Origin: Paraspadella gotoi
Taxonomy: Eukaryota; Animalia; Chaetognatha
Direction: 5' to 3'
Assembly (NCBI GenBank): GCA_051294375.1
Contig: CM119266.1
Location: 27,419,017 to 27,483,016, forward strand
DNA: 64,000 bases
A model generated the notes under the pieces. That model had not been told where the DNA came from. It saw only the letters and a list, made by a program, of their open reading frames with translations, and made no database searches. A program made the translations under genes and the position numbers. Of the stretch, positions 38,999-51,565 are shown one piece after another; the first letter of the stretch is position 1; every line of letters begins with the position of its first letter.

Positions 38999-39036
38999 TG
39001 GTGGCAGCGGTGAGATTCGAACCCACGCCTCCGAAG
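38999..39036 (-). pseudogene. 3' fragment of tRNA-Leu including the CCA tail
   Basis: TGG-TGGCAGCGGTGAGATTCGAACCCACGCCTCCGAAG is the reverse complement of the conserved metazoan tRNA-Leu(AAG/TAG) 3' half (variable arm, T-arm GGTTCGAATC, acceptor strand) plus CCA. There is no 5' half. Confidence 0.8.
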
Positions 39037-39342
39037 GGGAGAAACATTCCAATTCAGCTACGTAATATTTCCTAATTCCCTCACGCGAAGAATCATTTGA
39101 ATTACCGTAAAAAAACCAAGATGGAAAAAAGACTCTTTCCCCCGTGATATCGGAGAAATTAACTAAATAATTAAATAAAGAATTAGGCCTTTCTTGTAGT
39201 TGATACACATTATTGGTTCGGTCTGAGAGACTGGGAAAAATCCAATCGATAAATCTATAAAACCAATATCACAGGAATGAAGGCTTAAATAAAGGCTTTG
39301 ATTAGAAAAGGAATTTGAAAATAGATAATGTAAGAGAAACAA

Positions 39343-39473
<131 letters not shown>

Positions 39474-40305
39474 GTTAATACCCTACTTTGGTTATTGCCT
39501 CGGCGTCAAAAACAGAAGCTTGTTTTCTCAATGACGCGGAAAAAAAATGGAAAGCAGCTGTGAAAAGTTGACCTTCTCATTGGCCGACGTTGTCACGACC
39601 AATCATCTGTTACGTGGTCGTCGTCGTTGTTGTTGTTATCATTGATGTTGTTTTTTCCTCGTTTTCTTCATCGTGGTTATCATCGCGCGTTTTTCGTTTG
39701 TCGTTGTCGTCGTCATCATCATCATCGTCTGTGTCGACGTCGTTAGAGTCATTATTGAGGTCGTCGTCGTCAGCATCGTCGCCGTCATTATCGTCGTCAC
39801 CGTCGTCGTCGTTTCGTTTTTTGTTTTGTTAATGTGAGTGTTGTTTTGGCGCGACGGAGTCAGGGAGAGAGAAGACGAAAGTTATTCGAGAAACTGAGTT
39901 GGCGTCAGACGGAAGGAAAAAGAAATTCTTGAAGGTTTAAAGTTTCTTTTTTTTTAAATTCTGGTGTTCGGAGATGGATTAGTTGGGTGGGATGGGTTCA
40001 CTTTGTTGCTTGGTTACTTTCTTTTTTATTTTAATTTTTTCTTTCATTCTTTCTTTCTTTTTTTCTTTATTTTTCCATATTTGCATATATATATCTTTTT
40101 GTTCTTTCTTTCTTTCATTCATTTTTTCTTTCTTTCTTTCTTTCTTTCTTTCTTTTTCTTTCTTTTTTCTTTCTCTTTCTATTCTTTCTTTTTTCCTCTC
40201 TCCCTCCGTTTCTATCTCTCTCTCTCTTTTTCTCTCTCTCCCTCTCTCTCTCTCTCTTTCCCTCTTTCTCCTATCCTCTTCTTCTCTTCTCTCTTTTCTC
40301 TCTCC

Positions 40306-40350
<45 letters not shown>

Positions 40351-41269
40351 GTTCCTCAGGCTAAATTCATCGATGGAATTCTGTAAATAGAATTCCTTTT
40401 GTTGTCCTTTCATCGTCTCTTGTTTCTCTTTCCCGGATCCATTTTTACGCCTGGCGACTTTGGTGGGAAAAAAGAGAAAAGAGAAGAGAGAATAAAAAGG
40501 AATAAAAGAAAAGAGAAAAAAGAAAAGATTAGGAAAGAAAAGGAGAGAAAAGGAGATTAAACAGGAGAAAAACGTGAAACGAGAAAAAAGGAAAAAGAAG
40601 AATAGAAAAGAAAAGCTAAGAGTTAATAAGAGAAAGAAAAGAAGAGAAGAGACAAGAAGTGAAAAGAATAACACAGAAGAAAAAAGAAGAGAGAGAAAAA
40701 AAGAAAAGAATAGCTAAGAGTTAATAAGAGAAAAGAAAAGAAGAGAAGAGACAAGAAGTGAAAAGAATAACAAAGAAGGAAAAATTTAATAAAAAACAAG
40801 AACGATAATTCCAATGTGTTGCGCCGCAGTGACTTTATTTTAACGTGATATGACATAACATTATTCATTATTTTTAGGATTTCCTGAAGGCTGCGCTAGC
40901 AGTCTCTTAGATTTGAGTTTTTTTCTGTTTCAACAAATGAGCAACTAACTATAGGCTAATTACATGCATTTTTAACATAAGTGGGACAGACCGACAGACA
41001 GGCATACCGACCGACCGATCGAAAAGTGAGTACTCGCGGCGCAAGTAAAAAAATCTAATCATATTTGCTGACTTTATTGCGTTAACAAAGAATGAGAATG
41101 AAGATAGAATGAGAATAATGATAGAATGAGAATGATGATAGAATGAGAATGATGGTGATGAAAATGATATGAAGATTAGAATAAGAATGAGGAGAATCAT
41201 TATGAAAATGAGTAAAAAAAAATCAACATTGCGTTAGCTTTGTAAGGCTCAGAGATTACGATATTGACC

Positions 41270-41321
<52 letters not shown>

Positions 41322-42209
41322 AAAAGAACGAATGCAACGGAGGGCCCAATGAAAAGAGCGGTCGAACCTGGCTCGCATCCCAATTGGCTCATAACACGAT
41401 GGGTTTGGCAGAGAATCTCTTTTTTTTAATCTTTTTATTACGAAGAAGAAAAAGTATTAAAGACGAAGAAGCGATTTAAAAAAAAGTTAAAAAAATAGAA
41501 AGGAAAGAATTGAGGAAAGAAAGAAAATAGACGAGAAAACTGTGGAAGCCAAAAACACAGTTAAAAAAATATTAATAATTGGTCAATGACGATGAAAAGA
41601 AAAAAAAACAGAAGATTTTAGAAAAAAAAACTAGTAAAAAAAAGTAGAAGAAAAAATGAGTGAAAGAAGTGAAGCTTCTTCGAGGGTGAGTCATCACAGT
41701 GGCTTCGAAATTATCTATTTCGGGAACCGAGATTATGGAGCCAAACGTCTTTGATAAGCGGAGTCGTGGTATTCGTCCTTGGTAACTGTTCAACACGAGA
41801 TCATTTAAATTTTATAAAATATAAAATATAAATATAAAAGCCTTTAAAACTACTCAAAAATCAATTTCCCTAAACTGTCTCCCGTCTTCCCTCTTCTTCT
41901 CCAAAGCCAGCGGGACCAATTTTGGAATTGTCAAGCCGTAACGTCGGGAAATCCCCAATTCATTTTTACGACTAAGTCTTTCAACAATGGAAATCCTACA
42001 TATTTTTTCCTCCCCTTTTAACTGTTTAACTTGCTGATGATTTTTGGTTAAAAATAACCGGGGGGGGGGAATATTGAGGGTTGGCAAAAAAACTGAAAGA
42101 ACAAATTTTTGAAAAGGGATGACTTTTTGCCGAAAGAAAAACGACGAAAGTGAAGAAAAACTAAAAGATTGACAGAAAAAATAAGACTTCGGCGCTGAAT
42201 GAAAGTAGC

Positions 42210-42590
42210 AAAAGATCGGGATCGACGGAAACGACGACGATAATTTGAACGATGGCGGAAGCTAATGCGACAATCAGAGCGACAATTGAAGCAGCAAAAG
42301 AGACGAGTTTTGTGCGTGTGTTTGAGTCCGCTGCTTCAGGAGCCGCAGCAAGGAGGCTTCTTTGTAAAAAAGTGCCCATTTTTCTTCTGGCACTTTTTTA
42401 CAAAGAAGCCCCCTTGCTGCGGCTCCTGAAAGCAAGCGGACTCAAACACATGCACAAAAATTGTATCTTTGCTTATGCTACTTTCCCATCGTTGTTTTAT
42501 GCGTCACTCTCTTTGTCGTCGCTTTCACCGTCGCAACTGCTTCCTTCATCGTTCAAATTATCGTCGTCGTTTCTCATCGATTCCGATCCT
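42210..42590. repeat. Foldback inverted repeat (MITE-like): inner arms 42308-42376 and 42389-42459, outer arms about 42229-42255 and 42547-42572
   Basis: Reverse complementarity is directly visible, with a 12-nt loop. Confidence 0.85.
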
Positions 42591-43717
42591 GACCGAGGCC
42601 TAATTCTTTCTCTCCCAGCATGCCAGAATTTTATTGTTGCAAATAGCATCAAGAAAAATGACCCTATCCTTACCCTAATCCCAACCCTAATACATAGCCC
42701 TAACCCTAATCCCTAACCCTAATCCAACCCCTAATATCCATCCTCTAAACTAACCTTATCCTAACCGAAACCCTAAAAATTAATCCATTGTTCAAATTAT
42801 CGTCGTCGTATTTGTCGATCCTGACTCTACGTCAAGTCCAGCCGAGAGAGCGAGAGAGATTCGCTGCTCCGTCTTACGGCAAGGGGGCATCAATGTTTGA
42901 AAAGGCCGAAAAATGAGCGAGAAAAAAAGGAGACGAGAAGAAAAATTACGTCAATCGAAAAGGGATAAAGAAATATAAATAAAAGAGAAAAAATGTTGAA
43001 AAACGACTGCAATAAAAATACATGACAAGAAAAAAGAAAGAAAAGAAAGGAAGAAAAAAGAAAGAAAAAGAAAAAAGAAGAAAGAAAGAAANNNNNNNNN
43101 NNNNNNNNNNNNNNNNTTCCTTCATCGTTCAAATTATCGTCGTCGTTTCTATCGATCCCGATCCTGACCGAGGCCTAATTCTTTCTCTCGCNNNNNNNNN
43201 NCGTCGTTTCTATCGATTCCGATCCTGACCGAGGCCTAATTCTTTCTCTCCCAGCATGCCAGAATTTTTATATCCTAATTGTTGGCAAAAATAGCATCAA
43301 GAAAAATGACCTATCCTTAACCCTAATCCCGAATCCCTCAATACATAGCCCCTAACACCTAATCCCTAACCTAGATCCAACCCCCATAATATCACATCCT
43401 CTAAAACTAACCTTATCCCTAACCGAAACCCTAAAAAATTAATCCATTGTTCAAATTATCGTCGTCGTATTTGTCGATCCTGACTCTACGTCATCCAGCC
43501 AGAGAGAGCGAGAGAGATTCGCTGCTCCGTCTTACGGCAAGGGGGCATCAATGTTTGAAAAGGCCGAAAAATGAGCGAGAAAAAAAGGAGACGAGAGAAA
43601 AATTACGTCAATCGAAAAAAGGGATAAAGAAATATAAAATAAAAGAGAAAAATGTTGAAAAACGACTGCAATAAAAAATACATGACAAGAAAAAAGAAAG
43701 AAAGAAAGGAAGAAAAA

Positions 43718-43749
<32 letters not shown>

Positions 43750-43750
43750 A
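42540..43750. repeat. ~650-bp direct duplication across N gaps, each copy with degenerate (TAACCC)n
   Basis: 42540-43090 and 43200-43750 are nearly identical. CCCTAA-like units lie at 42660-42780 and 43310-43435. Confidence 0.8.
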
Positions 43751-44391
43751 ACAAGTTTGAGCAAACAAAGTCGGATCTGCCCACGATCATTATCGGTAAT
43801 TAATTAATTAATAATTAATTAGATAATAATTATTACAAGTTAATTAATTATTAATTAATAATTAATTAATTAATTATTTAATTAATAATTAATACAACTT
43901 AATTAATTATGTTAATAGATTAGGCAAGTTGTAAAATTTAATTTCTATTCTGAGCATGAAAATTAGGGTCTTGTTTTGCAGAATCTATGGACTTACATCT
44001 GACTGATTAAGTTAATTATTGATTAATTCAATTGACTAATTGATTAATTAACTGATTACTATTTGATTAATTAAATACATCTGCATTTACACTTAAAAAA
44101 ATAAAAATATATTTGTATTTTTTTCCATTTAAACTCTCTTCTACCGGCACGATTCCATCGAAACTTCATATCTCCAGCTCAATCACGAGATAATTGGTAT
44201 TTTTTTCTCACGGTGGACGGACGGATGGACGGACGACACGGATGGACGGACATCGTTTTTTTTGCATAATTTTTCATAATTCGATGTTCTGACATGATAT
44301 AGTAAATGCCCGACAAGATTAAGGGGCGGACCGACGGACCGACAAAGTGAATTATAGACTCGGATCTGCTGAAAGCAGATCCGACTAAAAA
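43750..44391 (-). mobile_element. HINE copy C, apparently complete (~640 bp)
   Basis: Subterminal IRs GTCGGATCTGC (43770-43780) and GCAGATCCGAC (44375-44385). Adjacent hairpin TCGGATCTGC-TGAAA-GCAGATCCGA, small terminal stem-loop GTTTG-AG-CAAAC, GGAC microsatellite and A/T-run flanks with no TSD. Confidence 0.75.
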
Positions 44392-44474
44392 GTAAATTAA
44401 GACAACCCTTAAAAGATTTGCAAGATCGTCTCCTAATCAATTTTTAATTGTCTCTTGAACCACAGTTCGGCATC

Positions 44475-44975
44475 GTTGTTTATTTCGCTTCCCCCCCCCT
44501 CTCTCTCTCACCTCTTCCTTTTCCTACTCTCTCTCTTCTCACCTCTCTCTCTCACCTCTCTTTCTCTCTCTGTCTCTCTCCTCTCTCACCTCTCTCTCTC
44601 TCCTCTGACCTCTCTCTCTCTCTCTCTCACCTCTCTTTCCTCTCTCTCTCACTTCTCTCTCTCTCTCTCACCTCTCTTTCTTCTCTCCACTCTCTCTCTC
44701 TCTCTCTCACTTCTCTTCTCACCTCTCTTCTCTCTCTCTGTCTCTCTCTCACCTCTCTCTTTCTCTCACCTCTCTCTCTCACCTTCTCATCATCTCTTCT
44801 CTCACCTCTCTCTCTCACCTCTCTTCTCTCTATCACTCTCTCTCTCACTTCTCCTCACCTTCTTTCTCTCTCTCTCACTTCTCTCTCTCTCACCTCTCTC
44901 TCTCACTCTCTCTTTCTCTCTCTCACTCTCTCACCTCTCTTACTCTCTCTCTCTCACCTCTCTCTCTCTCTCTTT
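44475..44975. repeat. Degenerate (CT)n / CTCTCAC microsatellite
   Basis: Directly visible. Confidence 0.9.
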
Positions 44976-45699
44976 CTATTCCCTCCCCGACCCCCGCGAA
45001 AACATAAATAAATAAAAGCGTGAAACGACGTAGTAAAGCGCTCGAGTTTCCGCGCCGAAGAAAGTACAAACTCAGCTGACGACCGATTTCATTTATGCAA
45101 CGACGAAGTCGTCATCATCGTCATCATCATCGTCATCATCATCGTCGGCGTCATCGTTGTCGAGACAGGAGCGAGCTCGTTTTCGACGTAAACACCAGCT
45201 GCCACCCAGCAGCAGCGCTTCATTAGCCTTTTACGCAGCCGCCAGGCGTCGCCGCCGCGCGCCGCCGTCAGACCGCAACATCACCCGCGACTCTGCCCTT
45301 TCTACTTGGATGTCGGATGTCTTGCAGTCTAACGGAAAACTTCCGTGGTTCTTTTTTGAGATCTTTTTCTGTTTGTTTCTTCGATTGATTTTTCGAGGCC
45401 TGTTTCAAAACTATTTTCTTTCTTTCTTTCTTTCTTTCTTTGCTTTCTTTCGTCCACTCTTAAAATTATGAAGACTCTTATACACATTTGAATTGAAATT
45501 TATTAACTTTTATCACTTCACCACGACGTGTACATGCAGAAAATTGAGGTTAATCATTTTTTAATTCTAAAATTTTTTAATAAATTTTTTTTACACATTT
45601 TACACTTTAATGCACATTGCACAATGCACAATGAACAATGACGACGACGTACAAAACAAGGAGAATGAAGAAGATTCCTTGGGGGGTTTCTCAGTTTCA

Positions 45700-45985
45700 G
45701 GGTTAGCGAGGCTGTATGAAATTCCTTCTGCCGTTCCACCTTACTATGGCTTTCATGTGTAGTGGTTTACAGGTGCGCGTAGCGAGGCTGTATGAAATTT
45801 TCTGCTGTCCAACCTACTATGCTTCATAGTGTAGTGGTTACAAGCTGGGTAGCGAGGCTGTATGAAATTTTTCTGCCTGTCCACCTGTACTATGGCTTCA
45901 TAGCTGTAGTTGGCTTACAGGTGGGTAGCGAGGCCTGTATGAAATTTTTCCTGCTGTCCACCTTACTATGGCTTCATAGTGGCGG
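45700..45985. repeat. ~70-bp tandem repeat x4 (GTAGCGAGGCTGTATGAAATT...ACTATGGCTTCATAG)
   Basis: TAGCGAGG recurs near 45704, 45780, 45850 and 45927. Confidence 0.8.
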
Positions 45986-48900
45986 TGAGACAGGGGGGAG
46001 AAGGGGGAAGACAGGGGAGAGAAGGGGGGAGGGACAGGGGGAGAAGAGGGGAGAGAGGGGGGAAGACGGGGATAAGAAAGGGGAGACCGGGGGGAGAAGG
46101 GGGAGACAGGGAGAGAAGGGGGGAGACAGGGGAGGAGAAAAGGGGAGAAGCGAGGGGGGAAGACAGGGATAAGAAGGGGGGAGACAGGGCGGGGAGAAAA
46201 GGGGGAAGACAGGGCATAAGAAGGGGCGGAGACNNNNNNNNNNNNNNNNNNNNNNNNNATGAGAACATTGTTTGAGCAGTGCTTAATCTCGACTAATATT
46301 ACTCAATCCAATATATCAAAAGATAAAAATAGAATAATAACTTTATTAAGTATTCAATATCCAATAATCATTGAAAAACATGCATCAGAATGACAGAGAG
46401 CCAAAATGCAGCAGCAGCAGTAGAGCCGATACGCAGCAACAGTAGCAGTAAACTGAGATGCAGCAACAGAACCGAGACGCAGCATCAGTAGCAGCAGAGG
46501 CCGAGACGCAGCAACAGCTCAAAGCTACATAAAAGCTTAAAATTAATTACCATATTCAAATAATTTCACAAATATCATTTAATACCTGATGGTCTCAGAG
46601 GATACTCCCAAAAATTAAGAATTTACTCTCCTTTATATACAAGGACACAATTATTACAACCAATAGAGGAGAATTCACATTTTAAGAATAAGATCAAAAC
46701 ATTTACAATTATTATTAACCAATGAGAGACCAGATATTCAAATTCAAGGTATAAAATTCAACCAATTAGAGACTTTAAACAGAACTATTGGAGTCATTCA
46801 ATTAAACTTTAACTCAGATATTTGAACCATTAAAAAATAAAAGGTCAGGGCTCAATTCAGATAAAAATCTTTATAAACTTTAACAGAGAATAATAATAAT
46901 AATAAATAATAAATAAATAATAATAATAATAATTAATAATAATAATAATAATAAATATATAATAAATCAAAGGAAATCGACAAAGTGGCGACAGCGACGA
47001 CGACGACGACGACGACAACGTCCCGACCAAAAGAAAGAAAACCGACAAAAACGACAACAACTACCAGGACAAGCGAGACGCGAAAAAGCGAAAAAATCGA
47101 GAAGAGTGAATCGGGCTCGATTACGGGTGTCGGGCGTTGCGATACTCGAGATAGAAAAACTCGGACCGACCGAGGCAGAAAACTGGCACCAGACACTCCG
47201 AAGTTAGGATGTATAAGAGGTGGTGAGTTACATGGGCGACGGAAGTCGGGTGGTTTGCGAACTGGCATTGAGATTCTGTGGGTGGAGATTAGCGCGGTGT
47301 AGAAGGGGGTTACGTATTGTGGATCAGTAGGGGGAGACTATGGGGTGTGCCGACGATCTAGAAACGCGGGGGGGCAGGAGAGGCGGGGGAGACCGACTGG
47401 CCCCGAGTTTCAAGGGGGAGAGGAAGATAGGAGAGGAAGAGAAAGCTGAGGGGAGACAGCGGGGAAGAAGGCGAGTAGAAAGAACTAGGGTAAGGGAAAG
47501 GAAGGAGTGAAATAGAGAATCAGGGCATTTGTAGAATAAGAGGAGGAGGACAGGAGGGGAAGAAGAGGGGAGAACAGGGGCATGAGAGAAAGGGGGAGGA
47601 CAGGGTTAACGCCGAGGGAAGGGGGGAGAACAGGGGAGAGAAGGGGAGAGCCAGCCGGCTTGGGTAGTTCTAAGGGGGAGTATAGTGTGGGCGATCAGGT
47701 GTGTGTGTGATGAAGCGAGGGAGGACAAGGGAGTTTGGGACGACGCCCCAAGGAAAAGGCGGCCGAATGACACTCTCGGTATGTACACAGGGTCTGTTCT
47801 GCCAGTGAAGTGTGGGTTTTTGATGTATAGGTGGTGGCTTTTCAAGGAGAGGGAGAAAAAAAGGAAGAGAAAAGAGAGTGGTGGTGATGTCAAGCGGTGT
47901 GTTTGGGGAGAGGGCGCGACGAAGCCGGGAGAGCAGGAAGAAAGAGAAGGGGAGACAGGGGGAGGAGAAGAAGGCGGCGACAGGGTGGGGATGAAAGGGT
48001 GACGGAGAATAGGAGGAGGAAGAGGAGCGGAAAGCAAGAAAAAGAAGGGAGGAATGCAGACGAGGGGGAAGAACTCGATATGGAAAAGGAGGTGGGAGAT
48101 CAGGGGCTTTTAGAGAAGGGAGGGAGACAGGGCGAATGGGTATATTTGTATCAGGGTGTTTAATGGAAGGGGCGGGGGGCACAGGGGGGCAGGAAGGGGG
48201 GGAGGACAGGGACACACGAAAAGGGGAGAAGAACATTTGGGCGTGAGACTAGGGAATGAGTATAAGGAGGGAGATCAGGGTTTGATGTTAAAGTGTGTGT
48301 GGGAGGAGCCAGAGCAGAAAGAGAAGGAGGGGAGAAGAAAAGGCAGGAGAAAAGACTGCGAGGGAGCGAGGAAGGGTTGAATGTACATTGGAAAATATTT
48401 CGGGAAAGAAGGTGGCGGAGACAGGGGGGAGAAGGGGGAGAACAGGGAGGAGAAGGGGAGGGATTGATTGGATCAGGGGCTTTGAGTGAGAGAGAGGGGA
48501 GTGAGTTAAAGGGCCGCGGAGACAGGGGTCCAGCACAGGGGATTAGTATCTGGGGATTGTATGAGAAGGGGGAAGAGAACTAGGCGCCCCAAAAACTTTT
48601 ATTTTTTTCGTGGGGGAAGAGAAGGAGGAGACGACTGCGGGGCTAGGAAAGGGGGGACGGAACAAGCGGGGGCGAGAGAAGGGGGAGATAGGGGGGAGAA
48701 GCGGGCTGGAGAAGCGGAAAGGAGGGAAGAAAGAAGAGGAGGAGGGGCAAGAACAACGTGTGGGGTGAGAAGTGGGAAGAGGGCAGACGAGGGAGAGAAG
48801 CGGGAGGTACACAAGGGGGGACAGGGAGGAAAAAGAGACTTGAGGAGAATGACTGGGGGAGAAGGAAGGGGAGGGACAGGTGAGAAGAAGAGGACCGAGA

Positions 48901-49830
48901 CGTGGGGGGAGCACACAGGGCGAAGACAGTGGGGAGACGGAGAACACCGAGGCGGAAAGAAGATTAGTGGGTTCCAGCCAAGCGGCGGGAAGAATAAAAA
49001 ATAAATGAAAAAAAAAGAGAAAAAGAAGAGAAGGCATGCAAGCGGGAGAGAGGGGGGACACTGGACGCGAGAGAGAAGAAAGGGGAGGAAAGACAAAGGG
49101 AGGGAGAAGCGGGAGAAGGGGAAGACAGGGGTGGAGAAGGGGGAAAGAAACGAGGAAAAGAAGTGAGAAGGGGGGGAGGACAAGGTGGGGAAGAGGAGAG
49201 ACTGGGGGGAAAAGGGGGAGACAGGGGGGAGAAGGCGGGGAGATACGGGGGAGGAAAGCGGGAGAAGGGGGAGACAAGGGAGAAGGGAGACAGGAGACGG
49301 AGTACTAGTGGTAGTAGACAGGGATCGATGAAGCTGGGAACGAGGCGGCGGAGAAAGGAGAGGAAGACAGGGAAGAGAAAGGCAAGAAGAACGCGATCTT
49401 ATGGTTTTCGGCTCGCCAAGGAATGTGTGCGATCTGATGAATGGGATTGAAGATAGTGGCGGCCGGATTGACACAGGGAGTAGCGAGTAAGAAAGAGAGA
49501 AGATGAGCAGGGACGGAGACTGACAAGGGTAGTGAAAGAGCGAAGAGAGAAGACCGTGAGAGAAGACGGGGATAAAGATAAGGTGGAGTCCTGGGGGAAG
49601 AGAACGGGCGGCGGAAGTACAGAGACAGAGAATTGGGTGGAGACAGGTAGAGGAGAAAAGGAGAGAGAGGGGCGAAAGACAAGGGATAAGAAGGGGGACT
49701 GTGAACAGCGGCCGAGGGTAAGGGTGGTAAGACAGGAGATAAGAAGGGGCGAGGACAGGGGGCGAGAAGGGGGAAGACACGTGAGAGAAGGGCGGGAAGA
49801 CAAGGGGAGTCAATGGTGGCAGAAGACTAG
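45985..49830. repeat. (GGGGGAGACAGGGGGAGAA)n satellite, clean at 45985-46233 and very noisy at 47330-49830
   Basis: The motif is recognisable through heavy indel noise. Confidence 0.6.
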
Positions 49831-50379
49831 GGATGTAGTAAGGGGGTACCGACAGGTTGCGTCTGTCAGTAGGAAAGCCCCGTGTTTCCCATTGGTTGGC
49901 TAGGTGAGTGTGCCCAAATAAAGAAATGAAAAACGTGGATAATGTCTAGGCGTATGTTATTTTTATGGAAATAGATTTATCTAATAATGCACATAAGACT
50001 GCTCGTTGTCTCTTGCAATCTTGCTAAATCTAACCACATTACTCATCACTATAATAATCACACCACTATATAGAATGAAGCGAGGCGAAATTATAGGGCT
50101 TTAAGGGCATACCTCACTAAGAACAATAGTAGGAAGGCTAGCGAAGCCACAGGCAGACGATCAAGGCGAACGGAAGCGAGGTGGCAGGTGGCAGACGATG
50201 GCATGGAATGAGGAGCGGAGATGTCAAAATCAAAAAGAGATAAGCAGTATTAGACCCAAAAATGTTATGAATAGGCAACAGCACGAGAACAGAGTAATTA
50301 ACAAAAAAAATTGAAATAAGATAAAAAAAAAACAATTGCTCTCCGGTACTAAGATAGAAGAGCAAATGAAAGCAAAGGG

Positions 50380-51565
50380 TTGTTAGAAAGATTTAAACAA
50401 ATTATATTTAAAACTTGAAATGACAATGAGAACGGACACATGAATCGCAAAAAGTGTTTAAAGAAGTTTTAACAAATTATTGATCTTAGAGACTGAAGAT
50501 TAAAATGAAAAGTGGGACTCGAATCGAACACAAAATTGTCTCTTAAAAGATCTTTAAACAGAGTTATAGTTTAACAGAGAACTGAAAACTGAAATGAAAG
50601 GGGACATGAGTATCGATCAATATGTCTAAACACGGGATTTAATACCAATTCATATCTAAAACCTGCAATCTAAATTGAACAGAAAAAGCGGACTTGAAAT
50701 CGACAAATGTTTAATAAGATTTTAAACAATTATATCTAAAACTGAAATTGAAAATGAAAGGGGACTGAATCGACAAATGTTAAAAAGATTTTTAAACAAT
50801 TATATACTAAAAATGAAATGAAAATGGAAAGGGAACTGAATCGACAAATGTGTAAAAGATTTTAAACAATTATATCTAATACAAACTGAAATGAAATGAA
50901 AGGGGACTGAATCGACAACTGTGTTAAAAGATTTTTAAACAATGATATCTAAAACTGAAATGAAAATGAAAAGGGACGTGAATCGAACAAATGCTTTTAA
51001 GAAGATTTTAAACAATTATAATCTAAAACTGAAAGATGAAATGACAAAGGGGACTGAATCGACAAATGTTTAAAGATTTTATTAACAACAATATTATAAA
51101 ACTGAGAAATGAAATGGAAAGGGGACTGAATCGACAAAAAATGTTTAAAAGATTTTAAAAAACAATTATATCTAAAACTGATAATAATAATGAAAAAGGA
51201 CTGAATCGACAAATGTTTTTTATAAAACGATTTTAAACATTATATCCTTAAAACTGAAATGAAATGAAAAGGGGACTGATATCGACAAATGCTTAAAAAG
51301 ATTTTTTAAACAATTATATCTAAAATGAAATGAAATGAAAGGGGACTGCAATCAACAAAATGTGAAAAGATTTTTAAACAATTATATCTAAAACTGAAAT
51401 GAAATATGAAAGGGGACTGAATCGGACAAATGTTTAAAAGATTTTTTAAACAATTATATCTAAACTGAAATGAAATGAAAGGGGACTGAATCGACAAATG
51501 TTTAAAAGATTTTTTTAAACAATTATAATCTAAAACTGAAATGAAATGAAACGCGGGACTGAATC
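50380..51565. repeat. 67-bp satellite, noisy copy
   Basis: Same unit as 57790-59020. Confidence 0.85.

Noticed and set aside
42660-42780. Telomere-like TAACCC repeats
   Set aside because: Short, degenerate and embedded in a repeat. Not a chromosome end.
47330-49900. Gly/Arg- and Pro/Leu-rich ORFs up to 404 aa
   Set aside because: Error-rich purine satellite with no domain signal.
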